Of a DNA stretch of 64,000 nt, positions 1 to 8,616 are shown one piece after another. The notes under the pieces were generated by a model. That model ran no database searches. It saw nothing but the letters and a program-made list of their open reading frames with translations, and was not told the DNA's origin. This DNA comes from Hallerella sp. (GTDB lineage Bacteria > Bacillota_I > Bacilli_A > RFN20 > CAG-826). Every line of letters starts with the position of its first letter. The first letter of the stretch is position 1. A program made the translations under genes and the position numbers. The stretch lies in NCBI GenBank assembly GCA_963648925.1, contig CAVJFO010000003.1, forward strand, positions 58,304 through 122,303. The letters are read 5' to 3'.

Positions 1-1133
1 GGCCTTCTAGTGAAGGCTAAAGGAAGAAAGGATACACCTATTGCAAGGATAGTACCTAGATATCTTTTATTTTTGCTTGATAAGAAAGATAAAAGAAAAA
101 CCGCTAACGCGCCAAAAATACCAAAATAAAGATAATCTAACCACCAAGAAAGGGAAGATTCGTTATAGGTGTTAATGAAATGATATTGATTAGGAACCAA
201 ATCATCAATCCAATTTGGACGAAGGAATCCGCTAAACATATCACTTTCTTTCATTGAGTTGATAATATGCTCGACGTTTGTCCACATTAATTTCGTATCG
301 CTTATGCAATATAATCCCGAATTTGTGTAATGCAACATCGGGAAAACGTAGAAAGAAATCAGCGAGAATATTATTAAAATGGTCGAGCATGTATAAATAA
401 ACGCTCTTTTATCTTGAAATAAACCAATAAACCCCTTGTACTGGGCGAAAAGATAAATGAGAGCGGAAATAACTCCAATCAAAGCGGTATAAGGATGAGA
501 CAAAACCAGGCATGAAACACCGAAAATGCAGCATAAAAAAGCTTGGGGACGATAGTCTTTATGACCTATTTCATAAATGCCAAGGAAAAGCAAAGGATAA
601 AAACTCATGGCAATTGATTCGGGATATGCTCCGCGATAGAGGATGCAGTTGATACGATATGGAGCGAAAATAAGAATTAAGGCTAACATCAATCCGCAAA
701 TATCGTTTTTGCAGATTCTTCTTCCTAACATATACATCCAGCACCCCATAAGGAATGTGGTAAAAATAATGACTATCTTCCAAGCGGTAACAATGCTAAT
801 GAAAGGGAAAATGACATGAATAAAAGCAACCGAGAAATGGCTTAGTGGAGCATACATTAAATAAGTTCCTACCCCAAGATTTCCCATCAACTCATGAGAG
901 GGGCTAATGCCAAAGAAACCATTTTTCCATCCTTCAGCTAAATCGTATACCCACATTTTATGCCAATACGTGTCTGTTCCGCTTGAGAGATTCTCCCCAT
1001 ATTGGAAAAAGCAAATAAATGGCAAAAACGAGGCAACCAAAATAATAAAATACGGAAGGTATTTACCTACCACTTTAAATAAAGTCTCTTTTTTTGGGGT
1101 AATTTTGTCTTGATTGATGGCAAATTTAAGCAT
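1..1133 (-). CDS. polytopic integral membrane protein, N-terminal part (partial, continues past window start); possibly a GT-C/YfhO-like membrane glycosyltransferase-type protein
   Basis: Not in the supplied ORF track. I checked codon by codon: the minus frame set by ATG at 1133-1131 has no stop in any of the 377 codons down to position 3. Translation starts MLKFAINQDKITPKKETLFKVVGKYLPYFIILVASF and is a series of hydrophobic helices. The family guess is weak. Confidence 0.7.
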   Translation of the reverse strand, partial: MLKFAINQDKITPKKETLFKVVGKYLPYFIILVASFLPFICFFQYGENLSSGTDTYWHKMWVYDLAEGWKNGFFGISPSHELMGNLGVGTYLMYAPLSHFSVAFIHVIFPFISIVTAWKIVIIFTTFLMGCWMYMLGRRICKNDICGLMLALILIFAPYRINCILYRGAYPESIAMSFYPLLFLGIYEIGHKDYRPQAFLCCIFGVSCLVLSHPYTALIGVISALIYLFAQYKGFIGLFQDKRAFIYTCSTILIIFSLISFYVFPMLHYTNSGLYCISDTKLMWTNVEHIINSMKESDMFSGFLRPNWIDDLVPNQYHFINTYNESSLSWWLDYLYFGIFGALAVFLLSFLSSKNKRYLGTILAIGVSFLPLAFTRR

Positions 1134-1261
1134 ATTGAAATTATACTCTAGTATCGTTACGAATTTGTGTTAATTTTAAGAAAAGAATTGTTTTTTAACT
1201 GATATAGCGGAAATAAATAAATCTTCAAGTCTTTTTATAAAATCGCATAAGTTATAAAATC

Positions 1262-2050
1262 ATGTATATGAGTACGCGTATAATTTCGATAGCAAACCAA
1301 AAAGGCGGAGTTGGGAAAACCACAACCGCAATAAATCTTTCTAGCGCTTTAGCGAAAGCTGGAAAGAAAGTTTTGCTTATTGATTTTGATTCCCAAGGCA
1401 ACGCTTCTAGGGGATTAGGCTTTCAAGTGACTCAACTTCCTTTAACGATATTTGATGCCATAACCAATCAAGCGGATGTTAATTTAACAATCAAATCCAC
1501 GTCTTTATCAAATCTCGATATAATTCCTGCTAACTTAAGATTAGCATCTCTTGACACTTATATTTCTTCTCGCGATGTTTCTAAACCTTTCTTCTTACTG
1601 AAAGAAACTTTAAGTAAGGTAAAAGAAAAATATGATTTCATAATAATCGATTGCCCTCCATCTTTAGGGCTACTTTGCCTTAACGCTTTGGTTGCCTCAA
1701 CATCGGTTTTAATTCCCGTTCAATGCGAATATTTTGCAATGGAAGCCGTCGCCTCCATTCTTTCTTCGATCACAAAGATTCAAAAAGATTACAATCCAAC
1801 GCTTAAAATTGAAGGATTCTTATTAACGATGTACGAATCTAATACCTCCCTTTGCACGGAAGTGGCTCAACAAGTAAGAGGACTTTTCAAAGAAAACACC
1901 TTCCTTACTAGCATTCCTAGAAACATATCAATCCCTGAAGCTAGTGCCCATGGGGAAGCGGTAACAACATATCGTCCATCCGCTAAAGGATCTTTGGCAT
2001 ATTTTGCTTTAGCACGCGAGATACTTGAATATGGCAAAAAAGAAAACTAA
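1262..2050 (+). CDS. parA: chromosome partitioning ATPase ParA/Soj
   Basis: Deviant Walker A KGGVGKTTT, DCPPSLG, and a full-length ParA-like sequence directly upstream of parB. Confidence 0.95.
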   Translation: MYMSTRIISIANQKGGVGKTTTAINLSSALAKAGKKVLLIDFDSQGNASRGLGFQVTQLPLTIFDAITNQADVNLTIKSTSLSNLDIIPANLRLASLDTYISSRDVSKPFFLLKETLSKVKEKYDFIIIDCPPSLGLLCLNALVASTSVLIPVQCEYFAMEAVASILSSITKIQKDYNPTLKIEGFLLTMYESNTSLCTEVAQQVRGLFKENTFLTSIPRNISIPEASAHGEAVTTYRPSAKGSLAYFALAREILEYGKKEN

Positions 2051-2843
2051 CCCATCATTAGAAGTCCTTTTAAACCGTTATTCCCAAAATGACGTCATTG
2101 CCGAAATGGAAAGGGAATACGCTTCAATATCCTCAAAAAACATTCTTCTTTCTTCTATTGATGACAACCATGTAGTTAAAAAAGTATCTTTCCCAAAAGA
2201 AATGATAAAAAACCTTGGGGAATCAATTAAGGAAAAAGGCTTTTTTTCGCCTTTACTAGTACGCCCATCTGGAAATCATTACGAATTAATTCTCGGAAGA
2301 AAACGTTTCATGGGCGCTAAAGAAGCTAACCTAACTTATGTCCCCTGTGTTATAAAAGATGTTTCCGATGAAGAAATGCTACTTACAATTCTTGCCGATA
2401 CTCGTGACCAAAGAGATGGAAATGTCGTAGAAATGGCTTTGATATTCTCTTCCTTGCAAGAAAAATTCTCTTACTCCCAAATGACATTAGGGGAAGTAGC
2501 CCACCTTTCTAGGAGCCAAGTGACTAATATTTTAAGATTGCTCCACCTTCCGGATGAAGTATTAAAGGAAGTAATGAACGGGGAATTAAGCTATGGGCAC
2601 GCAAAGGCCATCGCATCACTTTCCGATGATAAAATGGAAGATATCGTTAAAAAAATCCATCAAGAAAAGCTCTCTGTTAGAGATACGGAAAACCTCGTTC
2701 AACGGATGCAAAATAAAAAAATAAGCACCCCGTGTATCGATAAATTGAAAGATCAGACCGGAGCAAGCAAGATTACCATCAAGAAAAATTCCGTTACTTT
2801 ATATTTTGATTCCGAAGAGGATAGGAATGATTTTCTCTCCTAA
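2031..2843 (+). CDS. parB: ParB/Spo0J-like partition protein
   Basis: ParB N-terminal domain (LLVRPSGNHYELILGRKRF) and an HTH region (SQVTNILRLLHLP). I prefer the ATG at 2031 to the TTG at 2025. The GERR box is degenerate (GRKR). Confidence 0.85.
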   Translation: MAKKKTNPSLEVLLNRYSQNDVIAEMEREYASISSKNILLSSIDDNHVVKKVSFPKEMIKNLGESIKEKGFFSPLLVRPSGNHYELILGRKRFMGAKEANLTYVPCVIKDVSDEEMLLTILADTRDQRDGNVVEMALIFSSLQEKFSYSQMTLGEVAHLSRSQVTNILRLLHLPDEVLKEVMNGELSYGHAKAIASLSDDKMEDIVKKIHQEKLSVRDTENLVQRMQNKKISTPCIDKLKDQTGASKITIKKNSVTLYFDSEEDRNDFLS

Positions 2844-2879
2844 CCCTTGACAAGCTATATACAAGAATCTAAATTAGAA

Positions 2880-3038
2880 ATGTACTTCAGGGCGACGTGA
2901 AATTCGTCGATTGGTGGTAAAGCCCACGAGCGTTATGCATGAATTGGTGTAATTCCAATGCCAACGGTAAAGTCCGGATTGAAAGAAGAATGTTTCCTTC
3001 AAATTATCCTCCCCGAAGTATATGGAGGATTTTTATTT
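2880..3038 (+). promoter_or_regulatory. FMN riboswitch (RFN element) with terminator / SD-sequestering hairpin
   Basis: The string cttcagggcgacgtgaaattcgtcgattggtggtaaagcccacgagcg...ttggtgtaattccaatgccaacggtaaagtccggattgaaagaag matches the conserved RFN core. Hairpin 3006-3012/3024-3030 is followed by ttttattt. A sigma-A-like promoter lies upstream (TTGACA 2847-2852, TAAATT 2870-2875). Confidence 0.9.
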
Positions 3039-3752
3039 ATGAGCCAATTTTGGACGTATTTCTCGATTGTCGCATTGTTTGTTTTTTGTGTGGCAGTAGT
3101 TAAGGTTTATTCGCATTTTCAGAAAAACCGCGAATTCAATTGGGTTAAATTTGTGGCGCGTGTTGGTGTTTTTGCCGCCATATCAACGATTCTTTATATC
3201 GTTCCTATTTTTCAGATATCTTTGCCTTTTGTCCCATCGTTTATGAGTCTTCATTTTGATGAAGTTCCTGCGATGATTGCTGGATATGCCTATGGACCGA
3301 TAGTTGGGGAAGCGGTTCTTTTGGTTAAAACTATTATCAAGCTCCCGATGACTCATACAATGTGCGTCGGGGAAATTGCTGACTTCATTTTTTCTAGCGC
3401 CTATATTTTGCCAGCAACCATCATCTACAAAAAGATTCGCAATATGAAAGGAGTCTTTATTGGATTTGGCGTTGCCACAATCTTGCAAATACTCGTTGCA
3501 ATGACATTGAATGTTTATTGGATTTTGCCATTCTATATGAATGTTATGGGCTATCCTGCCGAACAATTATTGCAAATGTGCCAAAAAGCAATCCCAGTCA
3601 TCAAAGACCTTCAATGGTCATACGCTTTCTATGGCGTTATGCCACTAAACGTCATCAAAGACGTATGCGTCTTTATCATTACTTTCTTAGTTTACCGCAC
3701 AATAAGAAAAGCCTTGCATTGGGAAAAGCCAACACAAGGCAAGAAAGAATAA
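3039..3752 (+). CDS. ribU: riboflavin transporter, ECF S-component RibU
   Basis: Multi-TM protein resembling B. subtilis RibU/YpaA (FDEVPAMIAGYAYGP, LPFY, MPLNVIKD). It lies directly behind the FMN riboswitch. Start moved to the ATG at 3039, after the riboswitch hairpin. Confidence 0.85.
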   Translation: MSQFWTYFSIVALFVFCVAVVKVYSHFQKNREFNWVKFVARVGVFAAISTILYIVPIFQISLPFVPSFMSLHFDEVPAMIAGYAYGPIVGEAVLLVKTIIKLPMTHTMCVGEIADFIFSSAYILPATIIYKKIRNMKGVFIGFGVATILQILVAMTLNVYWILPFYMNVMGYPAEQLLQMCQKAIPVIKDLQWSYAFYGVMPLNVIKDVCVFIITFLVYRTIRKALHWEKPTQGKKE

Positions 3753-3755
3753 AGG

Positions 3756-5213
3756 TTATTGAATAGGCTGAGCATTTATCTCTTTTGCTGGATGTTCAAA
3801 GGTTTTGAACACTTTCTTTTCTAATACTATTGTGACTGGTATATAAATCAAATCAACGATAGCCCAGCTTAATGGGTAGGTGAAATATAGCCAGAAAATT
3901 GTATGGAAATAATCTAATTGGAAAAGGGTATAAAGGAAGAGAATTCTTGTTCCGGTAACGCCAAACAAAGTGATTAAGGCTGGAGCAGTGCTCTTTTTCA
4001 TCCCTCTTAGATATTGTCCTGCAACATCCATTATTCCATCTAGCCAATAAGTAAAGATCATCAAGAACATTCTCTCTTTTCCTGCCGCTAGAGCATTTTC
4101 TTCGCTAACGGTTTCGCCTTTAGTGATAAATACTCCAAGAATTTGATAAGGAAGAAGAAGGACAATTAAGGCGCATACACCCCAGAAAATCATCATCCAA
4201 ATCATTGAATACCAAAATATTTTGCGGATATTATCTTTCTTTTTTGCCCCGTAATTTTGGCCGACAAAGGAGATGCAAGCCATAGCAACGGCATCAATAA
4301 AAGCATACACGTATCCCTCGATTTGAGAGGCAGCAGAGCTTCCTGCAACAATCTCATCTTGCGAAATAAGCACACCGTTAATTGAATAATTAGTAATCGT
4401 ATATAAGCTAGATTGAATTAAAACATTAGGGATATTAAAACCAAGCGCTTGAACTCCGGCTGGCAAACCAATACGGATAACATTATCTAAACATCCTTTA
4501 TCGATTTTCATCTCTTTCCATTGAATATAAACATAGCCTTTTTTGTTAACCCATAGCCACATGACGGTTAAAATAGCCGAAACTGCTTCAGACATGATGG
4601 TCGCAATCGCTACCCCCATTACGTCCATATGGAAACAAATAACGAAAATCAAATCGAAAGCGATATTAACTGCCCCTGATATAAAAAGGATATACAAAGG
4701 ACGTTGAGAATCTCCAATAGCCCTAAGGCATTGGGAGCCAAAATTATAAACGAGCAAAAATGGCGCACCAATGAAATATATTTTCAAATACAAGGTCGCA
4801 TTCTCGATTATTGAGTCTGGCGTACCCATTAACTTTAAGAGATATGGAGCAAGGAAAAATCCCAAAATCCCCACGAAAACCCCTATGAATAAAGAAAATA
4901 TAAGGGATGTGTGTAAGACTTTAGAAGCGGTGTCTTTTCTATTTGCGCCTTTAGCGTTTCCAAGAGCGACATTCGCTCCAACAGCAATGGAAACAAAGAA
5001 AGCGACAATTAAATTTATAAGTGCGGAATTTGAGCCAACTGCTGACATTGAATTGTTTCCGCCACCATATTCAGATACGGTGTACAAGTCAATTGTCGTA
5101 TAAAGCAATTGCAAAACGGTCGTAAAGGCCATTGGTAAGGAGAATAGAGGCAACTTCCAGAAGAGTTTGCCATTTGTTAAGTCCATTTCCCCGAATATAG
5201 ATTTTCGTTCCAT
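3756..5213 (-). CDS. MATE family efflux transporter
   Basis: 485 aa with about 12 TM segments and a typical MATE N-terminus (LFWKLPLFSLPMAFTTVLQLLYTTIDLYTV). Confidence 0.85.
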   Translation of the reverse strand: MERKSIFGEMDLTNGKLFWKLPLFSLPMAFTTVLQLLYTTIDLYTVSEYGGGNNSMSAVGSNSALINLIVAFFVSIAVGANVALGNAKGANRKDTASKVLHTSLIFSLFIGVFVGILGFFLAPYLLKLMGTPDSIIENATLYLKIYFIGAPFLLVYNFGSQCLRAIGDSQRPLYILFISGAVNIAFDLIFVICFHMDVMGVAIATIMSEAVSAILTVMWLWVNKKGYVYIQWKEMKIDKGCLDNVIRIGLPAGVQALGFNIPNVLIQSSLYTITNYSINGVLISQDEIVAGSSAASQIEGYVYAFIDAVAMACISFVGQNYGAKKKDNIRKIFWYSMIWMMIFWGVCALIVLLLPYQILGVFITKGETVSEENALAAGKERMFLMIFTYWLDGIMDVAGQYLRGMKKSTAPALITLFGVTGTRILFLYTLFQLDYFHTIFWLYFTYPLSWAIVDLIYIPVTIVLEKKVFKTFEHPAKEINAQPIQ

Positions 5214-5280
5214 AAAGATCCTTCGCTAATAAGTCAAACGCTTGATATTTTAGTTCGCTTATTTCTATTTTCAATAAGAT

Positions 5281-5309
5281 AAAAAAGAAAAAGCCCCAAA
5301 AATGGGGCT
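5281..5309 (-). terminator. rho-independent terminator after ferredoxin gene
   Basis: Stem agcccca/tggggct (5292-5298 / 5303-5309), followed on the minus strand by a T-run. Confidence 0.7.
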
Positions 5310-5325
5310 AAAGTTAACAAATCTC

Positions 5326-5502
5326 TTAGCGAGCAATTGCACCGACTGGGCAAGAAGAGATGATGTCATCTGCTGCGCCTTCTTCGGCATCGGCAATAAC
5401 GACTGACTTTCCATCATCATTGAAGGAGAAGACGTCTGGCATGCTAGAAACGCAAAGACCGCATCCGATGCATGCATCGGCATCAACTGTAATTTTAACC
5501 AT
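5326..5502 (-). CDS. small 4Fe-4S ferredoxin (58 aa)
   Basis: Not in the ORF track (below 60 aa). Manual translation: MVKITVDADACIGCGLCVSSMPDVFSFNDDGKSVVIADAEEGAADDIISSCPVGAIAR. It has the CxxCxxC...CP cluster motif and an SD (gaggagg) upstream. Confidence 0.85.
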   Translation of the reverse strand: MVKITVDADACIGCGLCVSSMPDVFSFNDDGKSVVIADAEEGAADDIISSCPVGAIAR

Positions 5503-5742
5503 ATTAATTCCTCCTCTAAATATTTAGAGCAAACTAATTGTAAAACATAGATTTTCGCTTTGAAATAGGCAAAAAAAATTAAGATTTTATGTTAGTTTTT
5601 TATAACTTTTTAAAAAGCGAATTTATCTAATATTTTACGATTTAGGAAAGTGGTTAGTTTGTGTCGCTTAATTTTTTATAACTTTTCTTATTCTTCTTTT
5701 TCATAATGAAAAGAGCAACGATTTTTAATAGAATATTAATGT

Positions 5743-5982
5743 ATGAAAACAAGGATGGAGAAATACAAAAGATATCGTGCAAGGATCCTTAGAACTCCTG
5801 ACGATAAATTCGAGAACAAAAAGACGCGCATAGTTGAAGTTAGCAAAGAAGAATTCTCTCTTCCAACCCCTTATACGGTCTATCATCAAAAAGAGATGAA
5901 AAATTACGCTTTTAAAGGGGTTATTTTCTTTATTGCCTTAATTTTGTTTTTGATTTTGTATTTGTTTTGGGTGAGGAGTTAG
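5743..5982 (+). CDS. small basic protein with C-terminal TM helix (hypothetical)
   Basis: 79-aa ORF abutting cmk. It has a basic N-terminus and a single hydrophobic C-terminal helix. Confidence 0.5.
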   Translation: MKTRMEKYKRYRARILRTPDDKFENKKTRIVEVSKEEFSLPTPYTVYHQKEMKNYAFKGVIFFIALILFLILYLFWVRS

Positions 5983-5983
5983 T

Positions 5984-6661
5984 ATGGAAGAATTTATTTC
6001 GATAGCAATAGATGGTCCTGCGGCAGCTGGTAAGTCAACCGTGGCTAAAAGAGTGGCAAAAGCCCTTAATTTCACATATATTGATACTGGCGCTATGTAT
6101 AGAGCAGTGACCTATGCCGTAATTAAAGCGGGCAAAAATCCCGAAAAAGAAGAAGACGCTGTAGAAATATTGAAAACAATCGATATCGAACTTGAGGAAA
6201 GTGGCAAAGTATTTTGCAATAACGAGGACGTGACAAGAAAAATCAGAGAACCTGAGGTTTCTGGAAATGTCAGCTATATTGCCGCGATGAAGCCAGTTCG
6301 TCTTGCCATGATTGAGATGCAACGCAAACTTGCATCTAAAACTTCAGTCGTTATGGACGGAAGAGACATTGGATCGTATGTTTTGCCAGACGCAAAGGTC
6401 AAAATATTTCAAATTGCCTCACCAGAAATTAGAGCCCAAAGAAGATTTGATGAAAATAAAGAAAAAGGCATCAACGTTTCTTATGAAGACGTTCTAGCTG
6501 AAGTCAAGAAACGCGACTATATCGATTCTCATCGTGATTTTGACCCGCTTTTAGCGGCAGAAGATTCCGTTCATTTAGATACGTCGGATATGAATATTGA
6601 TCAAGTTGTCGCAAAAATTCTTGAAATCGTTAAGGAAAAAACCGGATTGGAGGGTAAATAA
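5984..6661 (+). CDS. cmk: cytidylate kinase
   Basis: IAIDGPAAAGKSTVAK P-loop, YIDTGAMYRA, DGRDIG. Confidence 0.95.
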   Translation: MEEFISIAIDGPAAAGKSTVAKRVAKALNFTYIDTGAMYRAVTYAVIKAGKNPEKEEDAVEILKTIDIELEESGKVFCNNEDVTRKIREPEVSGNVSYIAAMKPVRLAMIEMQRKLASKTSVVMDGRDIGSYVLPDAKVKIFQIASPEIRAQRRFDENKEKGINVSYEDVLAEVKKRDYIDSHRDFDPLLAAEDSVHLDTSDMNIDQVVAKILEIVKEKTGLEGK

Positions 6662-7962
6662 TGGCATTAGGAACTTTGGCATTAGTCGGATCGCCTTCAT
6701 CTGGCAAATCCACTATATTCAATCGTATTTTAGGGGAAAGAAAATCTATCGTTGAGCCAACACCTGGCGTAACCAGAGATAGAATTTATGGCAAAGCCAC
6801 ATGGTTAACGAAGGAATTTACCATCATTGATACTGGTGGAATTGAAGTGGCAAACGCGCCATTCCAAAAATCTATCCGCGCTCAATGTGAAATCGCTTTA
6901 GAAGAAGCGGATGTTATCGCTTTTGTTGTAGATGGCAAAAAAGGCCTTTCTGGCGACGATCGTTTTATCGCCAAAATGCTTTACAAGACAAATAAGCCTA
7001 AAATTCTTTTAGTTAACAAAATCGACAATCTTCAAGAAGTAGGCAACATGGCTGAATTCTATCGTTTAGGTTTAGGTGAACCGCTTATTTGCTCAGGCGC
7101 ACACGGCATTGGCATTGGCGACTTCCTTGATAAGGTAATCAAAATCCTTCCAGAAAAAGATGAGAAAAAATACGAAGGAGCAATTACCTTCTCAATTATC
7201 GGTCGCCCAAATGTTGGAAAATCATCTTTGACAAATAGACTTTTGCATTCTGACCGTGTCTTAGTTTCAGATATTGCCGGAACAACAAGAGATTCCATCG
7301 ATACGCCATTCACTTATCAAGATAAATCTTATGTTGTCATTGATACAGCGGGTTTAGTCAAAAAAGGAAAAATCTATGAAGCTATCGATAAATATGCTGC
7401 ATTAAGAGCGTTATCCGCTATCGATCGCTCAGAAATAGCCCTTCTTGTAATTGATGGATCTGGACCATTATTAGAACAAGACAAACATGTTCTTGGTTAT
7501 GCTATGGATGCTTCAAAAGCAGTCATTGTCGTCGTTAACAAATGGGATGCTGCTAAGAGCCCAAATAAACAGGATTTTAGCAAAACTCTCCGTGATCAGA
7601 TGCCATTCCTTAGTTATGCGCCAATCGTTTATACATCTGCCTTAACTGGAGCAGGAGTTAACGATATTTTCCCTCTTATCGATTCTTGCTATGAAGCATT
7701 CCATAGAAGAATCCCTACGCCAGTTCTTAACGATATTATTCGTGATGCTCAAGACATGAACCCAACTCCTGAATTCAACCACGGGCGTCTTAAGATTGTT
7801 TTCTCTGAGCAGGTCGCGGTTTGTCCACCAACGTTTGTCATGTTCTGCAACAATCCAAAAACAGCACATTTCTCTTATACGCGTTATTTAGAAAATAGAA
7901 TAAGAGAGACGTTTGATTTTGAGGGAACTCCGATCAAAATAATCTATAGAACAAGAAAATAA
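6661..7962 (+). CDS. der: ribosome-biogenesis GTPase Der/EngA
   Basis: Two tandem GTPase domains (GSPSSGKST; GRPNVGKSS), DTGG/DTAG, NKID/NKWD and a KH-like C-terminus. Confidence 0.95.
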   Translation: MALGTLALVGSPSSGKSTIFNRILGERKSIVEPTPGVTRDRIYGKATWLTKEFTIIDTGGIEVANAPFQKSIRAQCEIALEEADVIAFVVDGKKGLSGDDRFIAKMLYKTNKPKILLVNKIDNLQEVGNMAEFYRLGLGEPLICSGAHGIGIGDFLDKVIKILPEKDEKKYEGAITFSIIGRPNVGKSSLTNRLLHSDRVLVSDIAGTTRDSIDTPFTYQDKSYVVIDTAGLVKKGKIYEAIDKYAALRALSAIDRSEIALLVIDGSGPLLEQDKHVLGYAMDASKAVIVVVNKWDAAKSPNKQDFSKTLRDQMPFLSYAPIVYTSALTGAGVNDIFPLIDSCYEAFHRRIPTPVLNDIIRDAQDMNPTPEFNHGRLKIVFSEQVAVCPPTFVMFCNNPKTAHFSYTRYLENRIRETFDFEGTPIKIIYRTRK

Positions 7963-7969
7963 TTATCGA

Positions 7970-7996
7970 GCAATAGGCCAAACCTATTGCTTTTTT
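7970..7996 (+). terminator. rho-independent terminator after der
   Basis: Stem gcaatagg/cctattgc followed by tttttt. Confidence 0.75.
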
Positions 7997-8249
7997 ATTA
8001 CCTGTAAGAGATAAATTTTACAATTTATTATAAATATAGATTCTATCGGTATTTTTAAGAATAGATATTAAAAAAGTTTCGATAAAATCTAACTTTTTGT
8101 GAAAAAACATCTAGAAAGCGCTTACAAAAAAATAGGCAAATTGAACAAAAATTATTAAAAAGTTTCGATTTTACGCGTATTTTTGCTTGTAAAAAGTTTT
8201 CTTAAGTGTTAACTTTAACGTAGAAATTTAGCAAAGGAGGATAATTACC

Positions 8250-8522
8250 ATGAATAAAGCTGAATTAGTCGAATTAGTCGCTGGCAAGAGCCAAGTCGCA
8301 AAGAGAGACGCTGAAGCTGCCGTCGAAGCCGTTTTCGAAACAATCGCTGATGCACTCGCAAAAGGCGAAACCGTCAAAATCTCTGGCTTCGGAATTTTCG
8401 AGAAAAAAGAAAGAGCAGCTCGTGAAGGCACCAACCCATCTTCTGGCGAAAAGATCACCATCCCAGCCAGCAACTCCGTTGGTTTCAAAGTCTCCAAAAC
8501 CCTCAAAGAAAAACTTAACTAA
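8250..8522 (+). CDS. hup: DNA-binding protein HU
   Basis: MNKAELV...GFGIFEKKERAAREGTNPSSGEKITIPASNSVGFK is a canonical HU sequence; strong SD aaaggagg. Confidence 0.95.
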   Translation: MNKAELVELVAGKSQVAKRDAEAAVEAVFETIADALAKGETVKISGFGIFEKKERAAREGTNPSSGEKITIPASNSVGFKVSKTLKEKLN

Positions 8523-8540
8523 TTACTTCGCTTAAGTTTT

Positions 8541-8570
8541 AAGCCATTCTTCGGAATGGCTTTTTCTTTT
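8541..8570 (+). terminator. rho-independent terminator after hup
   Basis: Stem aagccattc/gaatggctt with ttcg loop and T-run. Confidence 0.8.
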
Positions 8571-8616
8571 CAACATTCTTAATAAAATAGACGTTTTTCA
8601 TGTTAAAATCTTTCTT

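Noticed and set aside
571-1113. Track ORFs 571-783 (minus) and 907-1113 (plus).
   Set aside because: Both lie inside the 377-codon open minus-strand frame (1-1133), which encodes a coherent membrane protein. They are shadow frames with no SD or motif.
1134-2900. Looked for parS (TGTTNCACGTGAAACA-like) sites and DnaA boxes around parAB as a sign of an origin region.
   Set aside because: I could not find a convincing match by eye in or near parAB, so no origin or parS feature is claimed. A pattern search over the full window would be needed to be sure.
5271-5486. 71-aa minus-strand track ORF.
   Set aside because: It is out of frame with, and almost entirely overlapped by, the 58-aa ferredoxin frame that carries the CxxCxxC...CP motif.
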